Notes under the pieces: model-generated | Databases searched by the model: none | Told to the model about the DNA's origin: nothing | Seen by the model: only the letters and a program-made list of their open reading frames with translations | Program-made: the position numbers and the translations under genes | Assembly (NCBI GenBank): GCA_021325135.1 | Contig: JAJPHT010000039.1 | Coordinates: 64,001 to 128,000, forward strand | DNA from: Pseudomonadota bacterium | Lineage (GTDB): Archaea > Thermoplasmatota > SW-10-69-26 > JACQPN01 > JAJPHT01 | Length of the DNA stretch: 64,000 bases | Reading direction: 5' to 3' | Part shown: one piece after another, positions 48,136 through 57,187 of the stretch | Position numbering within the stretch: position 1 is the first letter of the stretch | Layout of the letters: every line of letters starts with the position of its first letter

Positions 48136-49146
48136 GTGCGCGCCTGGGCCTTGCTGCTCGTCGCCCTCCTGCTGGCGGGATGCAACCTTCCCGGGCCCGC
48201 GCCTGCGGCCTCCTCGACCCCGCCCGTGACGTCCACGCCCAGCCCGACCCCACCGGGAGCGTTCGACGGGCAGCGCGCCTACGAGGACGCGGCGGCCCAG
48301 GTGCTGGGGCCCAACGGCTCCGTCCGGTATCGCGTCCCCGGCACGCCGGGCAACGACGAGGCGGCGCGGATCATCGCGGACGACCTCGCCGCCCTGGGCT
48401 GGAACGTGACGTGGGACCGCTGGAACGCCACGTACCGGTGCGAGCCCATCGAGATGCACAACGTCGTGGCCGAGCGCGCGGGGACGAGCGGCAAGGTCGT
48501 CATCCTCGGCGCGCACTACGACACGCGCCCCATCGCGGAGAGCGACCCGGACCCCGCGAACCGCACGAGGCCCATCCCGGGCGCCAACGACGGCGCGAGC
48601 GGCGTCGCGGTCCTCCTGGAGTTGGCGCGCTCGCTGCCGCCCACCCCCGACACGGTGAGGCTCGTCTTCTTCGACGCGGAGGACGGCGGCGACATGGGCG
48701 ACGGCTGCACGGACTGGCTCCTGGGCTCGCGCCACTACGCGGAGAACATGACGCTCGCGGACCGCAACCGCACGAAGGCCATGGTCCTCGTGGACCTCGT
48801 GGGCGATCCCCACCTCCGGTTGCCGCGCGAGCTTTCGACCTACGTCACGGCGGGCCGCCCCGTGCAGGACCGCATCTACAGCATCGCGGCGGGGCTGGGC
48901 TACGCGCAGTTCACCAACGAGTCGCGCCCCGGCCAGACGTTCAGCATCGAGGACGACCACCAGCCCTTCTACCAGGAGCAGGTCCCCGCGGTGGACCTCA
49001 TCCACCTCGTGGCCGAGAAGACCGCCTTCCCCGAGTGGCACCACACGCAGCACGACGACCTCTCCCACGTGAGCGCCGCGAGCCTGGAGGCCGTGGGCCG
49101 CGTGCTGGATCGGTGGCTCGTGGAGGGCGCGCAGGCCGGCCCCTAG
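48136..49146 (+). CDS. M28 peptidase / glutaminyl-cyclase-like lipoprotein
   Basis: LLAGC; GAHYDTRP, GANDGASGV, FFDAED, DDH.PF, WHHTQHD. Confidence 0.9.
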   Translation: MRAWALLLVALLLAGCNLPGPAPAASSTPPVTSTPSPTPPGAFDGQRAYEDAAAQVLGPNGSVRYRVPGTPGNDEAARIIADDLAALGWNVTWDRWNATYRCEPIEMHNVVAERAGTSGKVVILGAHYDTRPIAESDPDPANRTRPIPGANDGASGVAVLLELARSLPPTPDTVRLVFFDAEDGGDMGDGCTDWLLGSRHYAENMTLADRNRTKAMVLVDLVGDPHLRLPRELSTYVTAGRPVQDRIYSIAAGLGYAQFTNESRPGQTFSIEDDHQPFYQEQVPAVDLIHLVAEKTAFPEWHHTQHDDLSHVSAASLEAVGRVLDRWLVEGAQAGP

Positions 49147-49790
49147 CCGCACACCTTCGAGATGCCGTGGACCTGCCCCAGGATCGTGCTGACGATGGCC
49201 TGGTAGTATTGCAACGCCTGGCTGTTCACCACGATCACGTCCACGACGTCGCCGTCGCGCAGGATCGCGCTGCCCCCGGCGAGGCACTGCACGCGCGCGG
49301 TCGAGACGAAGTTGTCCGCGTGCTGGGCGTCGGCGAACTTCGCCGCGATCACGGTGATGGCGTCGGAGCGGCCCCCCGCGCTGAGCACCTCCAGCCACGC
49401 CTCCGCGGGGCGCGTCTCCTCGGTGCCCACGTCGTCCAGGTGCTCCTGCGGGACCTGCCCGGGGTTGGACGTGATGCCCCACTGGTCCTGGATGTCCTGC
49501 GGCACGTCGGGGAGCTTCAGCCCGCGGGGGATGGCGCTCCCCTCCACGAGGTACTCGTGGGGATACGCGAAGGGGCCCGTGTTCGTGGCGTAGAGCACGG
49601 CGCCCGCGCCGCCCGCCAAGAGGACGAGGGCGACGGCGGCGGCCACCAGGAGGCGGCGCTTCGTCCAGCGCGCGGGCGCCGCGGCGCGCGGGGGCGGCGG
49701 CGGAGCGGCCGGCGCCTGCGGCGGGGGCGGCGCGCGGGGGGGAAGGTGGACGGGCGCGTCGGCCTCCTTGGGGTCGAGGCGGAATCGCAC
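49143..49790 (-). CDS. Single-pass membrane protein, hypothetical
   Basis: Pro-rich N-terminus, one TM, extracellular domain with 2 Cys. Confidence 0.7.
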   Translation of the reverse strand: MRFRLDPKEADAPVHLPPRAPPPPQAPAAPPPPPRAAAPARWTKRRLLVAAAVALVLLAGGAGAVLYATNTGPFAYPHEYLVEGSAIPRGLKLPDVPQDIQDQWGITSNPGQVPQEHLDDVGTEETRPAEAWLEVLSAGGRSDAITVIAAKFADAQHADNFVSTARVQCLAGGSAILRDGDVVDVIVVNSQALQYYQAIVSTILGQVHGISKVCG

Positions 49791-49864
49791 GCGAGCGCAC
49801 CGCCGGCTCCGCACATGAACCTGCCTCGCGAAGGCATTTGAGCGGAGCGCGGAATGGTCCGGCG

Positions 49865-50368
49865 ATGATGGACGAGGCGTCCCGCAAGAAGGTCCTCCGC
49901 ATGGTGCCCTACGGGCTCTACCTCGTGGGCGTGCGCCGCCGCGAGGTGAAGGACGTGGCGAAGGACCTCAACGTCTTCGTCGGCTCGTGGCTCACCCAAG
50001 TCTCGTTCAAGCCGCCCATGCTCGTGGCGGGCTTCCGGCGCGACGCGCACTCGCTGGAGATGGTGAAGGAGTCGGGCGTGTTCACGGTGAACGTCCTGGG
50101 CAGCGACCAGAAGGACCTCGCCGCGCGCTTCTTCAAGGATGTGCCCGTCACGGACAAGGAGATGGCCGGCGTGCCTTACGTGCGCGGGGCGCACACGGGC
50201 GCGCCCGTGCTGCCCGACACGCCCGCGCACGTCGAGTGCGAGGTCGTCCACGTCTACGAGGGCGAGAACGACCACGCCGTCGTCGTGGCGAAGGTCGTCG
50301 CGTGGGAGCACCGCAGGGAGGCAAAGCCGCTCACCCACGCCGAGACGGGCTGGCACTACGCGGGCTGA
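49865..50368 (+). CDS. Flavin reductase family protein
   Basis: PYGLY, SWLTQVSFKPP, FTVNVL, GAPVL, DH.VVV. Confidence 0.92.
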   Translation: MMDEASRKKVLRMVPYGLYLVGVRRREVKDVAKDLNVFVGSWLTQVSFKPPMLVAGFRRDAHSLEMVKESGVFTVNVLGSDQKDLAARFFKDVPVTDKEMAGVPYVRGAHTGAPVLPDTPAHVECEVVHVYEGENDHAVVVAKVVAWEHRREAKPLTHAETGWHYAG

Positions 50369-50424
50369 AGGGCCGGCACCCGTCGGGAACGCCGAGGGTG
50401 GCCGCTTTCGCCAAGCCCCCCGGC

Positions 50425-50437
50425 TCAAGTATATACT
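50425..50437 (+). promoter_or_regulatory. TATA-like promoter of korAB
   Basis: AT-rich tcaagtatatact about 85 nt upstream of korA. Confidence 0.4.
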
Positions 50438-50518
50438 TCTGAGGGCTTTGAAAGGACAACCCCTCCCTGAATGCTTATCCCAGGCTTTCCACCATGGCAG
50501 GGGGCCGGGAGCCACAGC

Positions 50519-52351
50519 ATGGCGCAACCCATCGTGAACAACGTGAGCTGGCGCATCGGCGGCCAGCAGGGCGAAGGGATCGACAGCACGGGCGACATCT
50601 TCGCCAAGGCGGTCGCCCGCTGCGGCCTCCACCTCTACACGTACCGCTCCTTCAGCAGCCGCATCCGCGGCGGCCTGACCTTCTTCGAGGTGCGCATCTC
50701 GGACAAGCCGGTCCACGCGCGCCCCGACACCGTCGACATCGTCCTCGCCCTGGGCCAGGAGGTCATCGACGCGACGCTGGAGACCATCTCCCGCAACGCC
50801 ATCGTCCTCTACGACAGCGACGCGTTCACGCCCGAGCTGGACGCCAAGCACAAGGACCACGTCCACCTCGTGGGCGTCCCCATGACGAAGATCGCCGAGG
50901 CCAACGGCAGCAAGATCATGCGCAACATGGTCGCCCTGGGCGCCAGCGCCGCGCTGCTCAACATGGATCTCAACGTCTTCTTCGAGTTCGTGCAGGAGCG
51001 CTTCGGCAAGAAGGGCGACAAGGTCGTCAACATGAACAAGGCCGCGCTCACGCAGGCCTACCAGACGGTCAAGGACACCTTCCACGCGCCCCCGCAGTGG
51101 GTCCTGGAGCGCCGCCCGCTCCCCAGCACGGGCCGCCGCCTCGTCATCAACGGCAACAGCGCGCTCTCCTTCGGCGCCCTGGTGGGCGGCGTGCGCTTCG
51201 TCGCGGGCTACCCCATCACGCCCGCCACCGACGTCATGGAGTGGTTCATCGACCACGGCGAGCCCTACCACGCGGCGGTGGTCCAGAGCGAGGACGAGCT
51301 CTCCGCCATCAACATGATCCTGGGCGCCAGCTACGCGGGCGTCCGCGCGCTCACCGCCACCAGCGGCCCGGGCCTCTCGCTCATGACCGAGGCCATCGGC
51401 CTCGCGGGCAAGGCGGAGCACCCCGTCATGATCGTGGACGTGATGCGCCCCGGCCCCTCCACCGGCCTCCCCACGAAGCACTCGCAGGCGGACCTCAACT
51501 TCGCCATCTACGGCGGGCACGACGACTTCCCGCGCATCGTCGTCTCGCCCACCACGGTCGAGGAGGCGTTCTACCTCGTGCAGCACGCCCTCAACTGGAT
51601 GGAGGAGTACCAGCTCCCCGTCTTCTTCCTCATCGACCAGGACCTGGCCATCGCCAACTGCCCGCTGGACTCGCTGGACCCCAAGCGCGTGCCCCTCAAG
51701 CGCGGCAAGCTCCTCACCCGCGAGGAGGCCGCGCAGTTCGTCCCGGACACGTACAAGCGCTACGAGTTCACGCAGGACGGCGTCTCGCGCCGCACGATCC
51801 CGGGCTACCCCAACACGCTCTACCTCGCCTCGGGCTCCGAGCAGGACGACCGCGGCGTCATCACCGAGAACAAGGTGAACCGCAACCGCATGATGGAGAA
51901 GCGCGAGCAGAAGCTCGTCACCTTCCAGCAGCACGTGAGCTACCCGGTCGTCGACGTCGCGGGCCCCAAGGAGGCCAAGGTCGGCGTCATCTCGTGGGGA
52001 AGCACCTCGCTCGCGTGCGACGAGGCCATCTCGCGCATGGCGGGAGCGAAGCGGAGCGGAGCGGATGCGAGCACCACAGGCGGCGCGCCCCGCGCCGCCG
52101 CGGAGCGCAGCCCGTCTGGAATCAAGCGCCTCGCCATCAAGGTCCTCTGGCCCTTCCCCGCCAAGGAGGTCAAGGCCTTCCTCGACTCGTGCGACGTCGT
52201 CTTCGTCGTCGAAAACAACTTCAGCGGCCAGCTGGCCGGCCTCATCCAGAAGGAGATCGGCGGCCACGAGAAGATCCGCAAGATCGTCAAGTACGACGGC
52301 ACCCCGTTCCGGCCGTCGGAGATCGTCCACGGCATCCAGGAGGAACTCTGA
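50519..52351 (+). CDS. korA: 2-oxoacid:ferredoxin oxidoreductase alpha subunit
   Basis: GGQQGEGIDSTG, SRIRGG, YPITPAT, EDELSA, TATSGPG, RPGPSTGLPT. Confidence 0.95.
   Translation: MAQPIVNNVSWRIGGQQGEGIDSTGDIFAKAVARCGLHLYTYRSFSSRIRGGLTFFEVRISDKPVHARPDTVDIVLALGQEVIDATLETISRNAIVLYDSDAFTPELDAKHKDHVHLVGVPMTKIAEANGSKIMRNMVALGASAALLNMDLNVFFEFVQERFGKKGDKVVNMNKAALTQAYQTVKDTFHAPPQWVLERRPLPSTGRRLVINGNSALSFGALVGGVRFVAGYPITPATDVMEWFIDHGEPYHAAVVQSEDELSAINMILGASYAGVRALTATSGPGLSLMTEAIGLAGKAEHPVMIVDVMRPGPSTGLPTKHSQADLNFAIYGGHDDFPRIVVSPTTVEEAFYLVQHALNWMEEYQLPVFFLIDQDLAIANCPLDSLDPKRVPLKRGKLLTREEAAQFVPDTYKRYEFTQDGVSRRTIPGYPNTLYLASGSEQDDRGVITENKVNRNRMMEKREQKLVTFQQHVSYPVVDVAGPKEAKVGVISWGSTSLACDEAISRMAGAKRSGADASTTGGAPRAAAERSPSGIKRLAIKVLWPFPAKEVKAFLDSCDVVFVVENNFSGQLAGLIQKEIGGHEKIRKIVKYDGTPFRPSEIVHGIQEEL
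52039..52116. repeat. Palindromic REP-like in-frame insertion within korA
   Basis: gagcgaagcggagcggagcg; 9-bp hairpin ggcggcgcg-ccc-cgcgccgcc; terminal ggcggg/cccgtc; atypical codons. Confidence 0.55.
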
Positions 52352-53230
52352 ATGAGCGCTCCCGCTGCGCAGAAGACCATCAAGGACTGGCAGACGACCA
52401 CCGCGTCCTGGTGGTGCCCGGGGTGCGGCGACTTCGGCGTCCTCGCCGCGCTCCAGCGCGCCCTGGCGAACCTCGGCTACGAGAACCACGAGGTCACCGT
52501 CGTCTCGGGCATCGGCTGCTCGGGCAAGCTCTCGGGCTACATCAAGTCGTATAGCTATCATTCCCTCCACGGCCGCGCGCTCCCGCCCGCGCAGGCGATG
52601 AAGCTGGCCAACCAGGGCCAGAAGGTCATCGTCGTGGGCGGCGACGGCGACGGCTATGGAATTGGCGCGGGCCACTTCGTCCACGCCGCGCGGCGCAACG
52701 TCGACCTCACGTACATCGTGATGGACAACGCCATCTACGGCCTCACCAAGGGGCAGGTGTCGCCCACCTCCCAGCTTGGCTTCGTCACCGCCACGACGCC
52801 CCATGGCAACCACGAGGCGCCGGTCAACCCCCTCGCGCTCTTCCTCGCGGCGGGCGGCACGTTCCTGGGCCAGGGCTTCTCGGGCGACCAGAAGGGGCTC
52901 GCGCAGCTCTACCAGGACGCCATCGAGCACCCCGGCTTCGCGCTGGTCAACACGTTCAGCCCCTGCGTGACGTTCAACAAGGTGCAGACGTACCAGTTCT
53001 ACCGCGACGCGCTCGTGACGCTGGACGGCGTGAAGGTCCCGCACGACCCCAGCAGCAAGCAGGCGGCCATGCAGAAGGTCCTCGACGGCAACGTCTACAA
53101 CGGCCTCCTCTACAAGGAGATCCGCCCCACCGCGGAGAGCCAGATGGAGGCCCTCAAGGGCGTCAAGTCCCTCGTGGAGGCGCCCTTGACTGGCCAGGAC
53201 TACACGGAGCTGCTCAACGAGTACCGCTGA
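52352..53230 (+). CDS. korB: 2-oxoacid:ferredoxin oxidoreductase beta subunit
   Basis: WCPGCGDF, SGIGCSG, HGRALP, GGDGD, YGLTKGQ.SPT, SPCVTFN. Confidence 0.96.
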   Translation: MSAPAAQKTIKDWQTTTASWWCPGCGDFGVLAALQRALANLGYENHEVTVVSGIGCSGKLSGYIKSYSYHSLHGRALPPAQAMKLANQGQKVIVVGGDGDGYGIGAGHFVHAARRNVDLTYIVMDNAIYGLTKGQVSPTSQLGFVTATTPHGNHEAPVNPLALFLAAGGTFLGQGFSGDQKGLAQLYQDAIEHPGFALVNTFSPCVTFNKVQTYQFYRDALVTLDGVKVPHDPSSKQAAMQKVLDGNVYNGLLYKEIRPTAESQMEALKGVKSLVEAPLTGQDYTELLNEYR

Positions 53231-53855
53231 GCCGCTGCCCCTGCCGCTCGGCCGACGCGGCGCGGCTCCCCTCGTGGACGAGCTTGAGCCCGATGGAGGG
53301 CCCCAGGCCCGCGCCGTAGCCAAGCTGCATGTTGAGCATGGCCGCGGGCTCCAGCCAGCGCGCGTTCTTCAGGGGGCCTGCATCCACCGGATCGAAGCCG
53401 ATGCCCTCGGCCAGCTGGAGGACGCGCCGCTTGGCCCCCTCGTCGTCCGCCGCCACGAACGCGCTGATGCGCTCACCGTGGACCTGGCCCGTGCCCATGT
53501 TCTGCGCGAAGACGGTGTTGAACGCCTTCACGACCCGGGCGCCGCGGGCCCACTCCTGGACCTCCTCGGCGCCGCTCTTCTGGAGGTTGCCGACGTAGCC
53601 CTCCTTGCCCACGGCGTTGGTCACGTCCACGAGGACCTTCCCCTGGATCGCGTCGCCCATCTCGCGCAGGGCGTTCTGCCGCTCGGCGAAGGGCACCGCG
53701 AGGACGACGACCTCGCCCCACTGGGCAAGCTCCTTCACGCGGCCCGGCTCCCGGCCGACCGCCTGCACCTCGTGGCCCGCGCGGGTGAGCCCCTGCGTGA
53801 GCGCGGTCCCGACGTTCCCGTCCCCGACGATGGCGATCCTGCTGAAGGCCGGCAT
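53214..53855 (-). CDS. NADPH-dependent F420 reductase-like oxidoreductase
   Basis: IVGDGNVG, LAVPF, VDVTN, SGAEE, VVKAFNT, DAGPL..AR.LE. Confidence 0.88.
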   Translation of the reverse strand: MPAFSRIAIVGDGNVGTALTQGLTRAGHEVQAVGREPGRVKELAQWGEVVVLAVPFAERQNALREMGDAIQGKVLVDVTNAVGKEGYVGNLQKSGAEEVQEWARGARVVKAFNTVFAQNMGTGQVHGERISAFVAADDEGAKRRVLQLAEGIGFDPVDAGPLKNARWLEPAAMLNMQLGYGAGLGPSIGLKLVHEGSRAASAERQGQRLSGTR

Positions 53856-53915
53856 GCTGGAAGGCACCGCCCGGCAACGCCGTGGGAGGTGCATCACGGT
53901 GTCGGCTGGCGCGCG

Positions 53916-54251
53916 CTACCGCGAGACTCCCGTCCGGTTGCGGTCCCCCTTGCGCTTGCTGCGCGAGCGGGGCTGCTGGGCCTCGACCTGGGCGACGCGC
54001 TCGGCCTCGCGCTCCAGCGTGGCGTAGACGCGCAGGCCCAAGGGCGTGGGGTAGACCCAGGTGCGCATGGGGCGCTTGGCCTTGCGCGTGATGAGGAAGG
54101 CGACGAGGTCGTAGCGGCCCAGGATCTCCAGGGGGTCGGGATCGAGATCGTCCGCGTGGAGCCGCCCCCGTTCGACGACGTCCGAGAGGATGCCCAGCAC
54201 CCCCTCTGGCTCTTCCAGGAGCTGGGCCAGAAGCGCGTCGAAATCGGGCAC
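53916..54251 (-). CDS. Hypothetical protein, possible winged helix
   Basis: L.RYDLV...VYPTPLGLRVY wing-like motif; basic tail; GTG start inferred. Confidence 0.6.
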   Translation of the reverse strand: MPDFDALLAQLLEEPEGVLGILSDVVERGRLHADDLDPDPLEILGRYDLVAFLITRKAKRPMRTWVYPTPLGLRVYATLEREAERVAQVEAQQPRSRSKRKGDRNRTGVSR

Positions 54252-54352
54252 GTCATTCCCTGTGCCCCTTCCAGTTCTTAGGGTTGTGGCCGGAGGACCA
54301 AAAGGAAGGCCACAAGGCTGAAGAAGGGCGGATGCGCCGGCAAACTGACGGG

Positions 54353-54404
54353 TCCGTTTCGCGTGGAGTCTCGCTCCGCGAACCGCGACTCCACGCGAAA
54401 CGGA
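54353..54404. repeat. Perfect 18-bp inverted repeat with 16-nt spacer
   Basis: tccgtttcgcgtggagtc / gactccacgcgaaacgga in a divergent intergenic region. Confidence 0.85.
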
Positions 54405-54492
54405 GGCCAGGCCGGAGCGACCCGGAAAGGTCCAAATACTGCCATGCAATCACGGCGGACGGAGCGGCCCGACCGCTCGGAATGACTCGGCC

Positions 54493-55494
54493 ATGCACGC
54501 CGAAGCCGGCAGCACGCTCTTCTCCCGAGGCCGCAACCTCGAAACCGCGCTGGGCCTCCGCAGGGTCTTCCTCAAGTTCGAGGGCTCCAACCCCACCGGC
54601 ACGCAGAAGGACCGCATCGCGCGCCACTGCTACGACGAGGCGCACGCCAAGGGGTTCGACACCATCACCGTCGCCACGTGCGGCAACTTCGGCGCGTCCG
54701 TGGCGTGGGCGTGCAGCCACAACGGCATCCGGCCCACCGTCTTCGTGCCCAGCGACTACCACACGCCGCGCATCGTGGAGATGGAGACCTTGGGCGCGCG
54801 CATCATCCGCGTGCCGGGCGACTACGAGGACGCCGTCGCGGCCTCCCGCATGGCGGCGCGGGAGCACGGCTGGTACGACGCGAACCCGGGCAGCGACGCC
54901 CAGTGGGACATCGCCCGCCGCGGCTACGGCCGCATCGCGCACGAGATCGTGCAGGACCTTGGCGGCATGCCCGACACCGTGAGCGTCGCGGTGGGCAACG
55001 GCACCACGCTGGCCGCCATCTTCGAGGGCTTCCGCGAGGCGGCCCGCGAGCGGGGCCTCCACGCGCTGCCCCGCATGATCGCCGCCTCGACGCCCCGCGG
55101 CAACCCCATCATCAAGTCGTGGAAGGCCGGCCTCAAGGAGTGCATGGACCTGCGCCCGGAGGAGATCCGGGAGACGACGGTCAACGAGCCGCTGGTCAAC
55201 TGGCACTCCTTCGACGGCCAGCGTGCCCTGGACGCCATCTACGCGTCCAACGGCTACGCTGCCTACGCGACCGACGCCGAGATGCGCCGCCTCACCGCGC
55301 TCACGCGCAGCCTGGAGGGCATCAACGTCATGACGGCCAGCACGGCCTCGCTGGTGGGCCTCTCCAAGGCCGCGAAGGCGGGCCTCGTGGGCGAGGGCCT
55401 CCACGTCGCGGTCCTCACGGGCCGCCACCACGAGAAGCCGCGCCTGCGCGCCAGCGACCTCGCACGCTCCCACTTTCCGCCGCCGATAAGCTGA
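54493..55494 (+). CDS. Fold-type II PLP enzyme, threonine-synthase-like
   Basis: LKFEGSNPTGTQKDR, ATCGNFG, VAVGNGTT, NEPL. Confidence 0.9.
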   Translation: MHAEAGSTLFSRGRNLETALGLRRVFLKFEGSNPTGTQKDRIARHCYDEAHAKGFDTITVATCGNFGASVAWACSHNGIRPTVFVPSDYHTPRIVEMETLGARIIRVPGDYEDAVAASRMAAREHGWYDANPGSDAQWDIARRGYGRIAHEIVQDLGGMPDTVSVAVGNGTTLAAIFEGFREAARERGLHALPRMIAASTPRGNPIIKSWKAGLKECMDLRPEEIRETTVNEPLVNWHSFDGQRALDAIYASNGYAAYATDAEMRRLTALTRSLEGINVMTASTASLVGLSKAAKAGLVGEGLHVAVLTGRHHEKPRLRASDLARSHFPPPIS

Positions 55495-55583
55495 GGCGGC
55501 CCCCTGGACCCCTGCCCGGGTCCGGGGGGCTTGACGCACCGCGGCTCGCAACGCTTATGCACGCTCCCCGGAGGTCGCCCTCC

Positions 55584-56066
55584 ATGGAGGGGCACGTCCT
55601 CGAGAACAGCCCGGAGAATCCCTGCGTGGGCTGCGGGCCCCAGCACCCGCACGGGCTCCGCCTCGTCTTCTCGCGGGAGGGCGCCGAGGTGCGATCCGCG
55701 CTGGAGGCCACGCCCGACCGCCAGGGCTGGCCGGGCCGCCTGCACTCGGGGCTCCTCTACCTCGCGCTCCTGGAGACGGCCAACTGGACGCTCTACGGCC
55801 TTCGCGGCCGCGTGGGCATCCCGGTGCGCACGAGCGCGCTGGAGGCCGCGCGCTGGATCGCGGTGGGCGAGCGCCTCGCGCTGCGCGGCCGCCTCGCGCG
55901 CGACGAGCCCGCGGCGGCGACGGTCCTCGTGGAGGCCCTCGACGCGTCGGGCAGGCGCGTCGCGAGCCTGGAGCGCGCCTACGACCTCCCGGATCGCGCG
56001 ACGTTCCTCGCCCGCATGGGGTACGACGAGGCGCCGCCGGGCCTCGACGAGGCGCTGCCGCCGTGA
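55584..56066 (+). CDS. Hotdog-fold (PaaI-like) thioesterase
   Basis: CVGCGPQHPHGLRL, QGWPGRLHSG. Confidence 0.8.
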   Translation: MEGHVLENSPENPCVGCGPQHPHGLRLVFSREGAEVRSALEATPDRQGWPGRLHSGLLYLALLETANWTLYGLRGRVGIPVRTSALEAARWIAVGERLALRGRLARDEPAAATVLVEALDASGRRVASLERAYDLPDRATFLARMGYDEAPPGLDEALPP

Positions 56067-56111
56067 GCGCCGAGGCATAGCTTCTTGACGCGGCCCCAAG
56101 TTCGAGCCCCC

Positions 56112-57176
56112 ATGAGCGGGCTGAAGGCCCTCGTGATGTGCGAAGGCCACTTCGGGGATCCCACCGGAAAGACCGCGCACGGGCTCGTGCGCTACAGCGA
56201 TCTCTACGAGATCGTGGGCGTGCTCGACAGCGGCCTCGCGGGGCGCGACGCGGGCCAGGTCCTCGACGGCAAGCCCAACGGCATCCCCATCTTCGCGAGC
56301 CTCGACGCCGCGCTGGCCGCCACCCGGCCCACGCACTTCGTCATGGGCGTCGCCACCGACGGCGGGCGCCTCCCGGAAAGCTATCGCCCCGTCGTGCGAG
56401 CCGCGCTGCGCAAGGGCCTGCACGTCGTGAGCGGCCTCCACGAGAAGCTGGAGCAGGACGCGGAGCTGGCCGCCCTCGCGAAGGAGCACGGCGCCACCAT
56501 CAAGGACGTCCGCGTCGTGCCGCCCAGGGAGGAGCAGCACTTCTTCTCGGGGAAGATCGACGAGGTGACCTGCCCCGTCGTCGCGGTCCTCGGCACGGAC
56601 AGCGCCATCGGCAAGCGCACCACGGCGCGCGTGCTCGTGAAGGCCCTCAACGCGCAGGGCGTCAAGGCCGTCTTCGTCGGCACGGGCCAGACGGGCCGCC
56701 TCCAGGGCGCCCGGTACAGCATCATCCTCGACTCGCTGGTCAACGACTTCCTCACGGGCGAGATCGAGCACGTCGTGTGGTCCGCCTGGAAGAACGAGAG
56801 CCCTGACATCATCGTCGTGGAGGGGCAGGGCGGCCTCACGCACCCGGGCTACCCGGGCGGCTACGAGATCATCTGCGGCGCCCGCGTCAAGGGCGTCATC
56901 CTCCAGCACGCCCCCGGCCGCAAGACGCTGGACGGCTTCCCGCAGTACCCCATGGGCGACCCGGCGCGCGACGTCGCCATCGCGGAGACCCTCAGCGGCC
57001 ACCCCCTCGTCGCCATCACGCTCAACCACGAGGCCCTCGACAAGGCCGGCGTCGAGGAGTGGAAGAAGCGCCTGGCCGACCGCTTCGGCAAGCCCGTGAC
57101 CGACGTGCTCCTCGACGGCCCCCAGCCCCTGGTGGACGCCGTGGTGGCGCGCTTCTCCCTGGCGAAGCGCGCGTGA
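56112..57176 (+). CDS. DUF1611 (DgcN-like) P-loop protein
   Basis: GKTAHGL.R, GGRLP, SGLH, GTDSAIGKRTT, TGQTG, VEGQG. Confidence 0.9.
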   Translation: MSGLKALVMCEGHFGDPTGKTAHGLVRYSDLYEIVGVLDSGLAGRDAGQVLDGKPNGIPIFASLDAALAATRPTHFVMGVATDGGRLPESYRPVVRAALRKGLHVVSGLHEKLEQDAELAALAKEHGATIKDVRVVPPREEQHFFSGKIDEVTCPVVAVLGTDSAIGKRTTARVLVKALNAQGVKAVFVGTGQTGRLQGARYSIILDSLVNDFLTGEIEHVVWSAWKNESPDIIVVEGQGGLTHPGYPGGYEIICGARVKGVILQHAPGRKTLDGFPQYPMGDPARDVAIAETLSGHPLVAITLNHEALDKAGVEEWKKRLADRFGKPVTDVLLDGPQPLVDAVVARFSLAKRA

Positions 57177-57187
57177 GGGGGCGCTCC

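Noticed and set aside
54405-54435. gccaggccggagcgacccggaaagg resembling SRP helix 8; partial c-di-AMP riboswitch-like words nearby
   Set aside because: Motif order and spacing do not fit either family.
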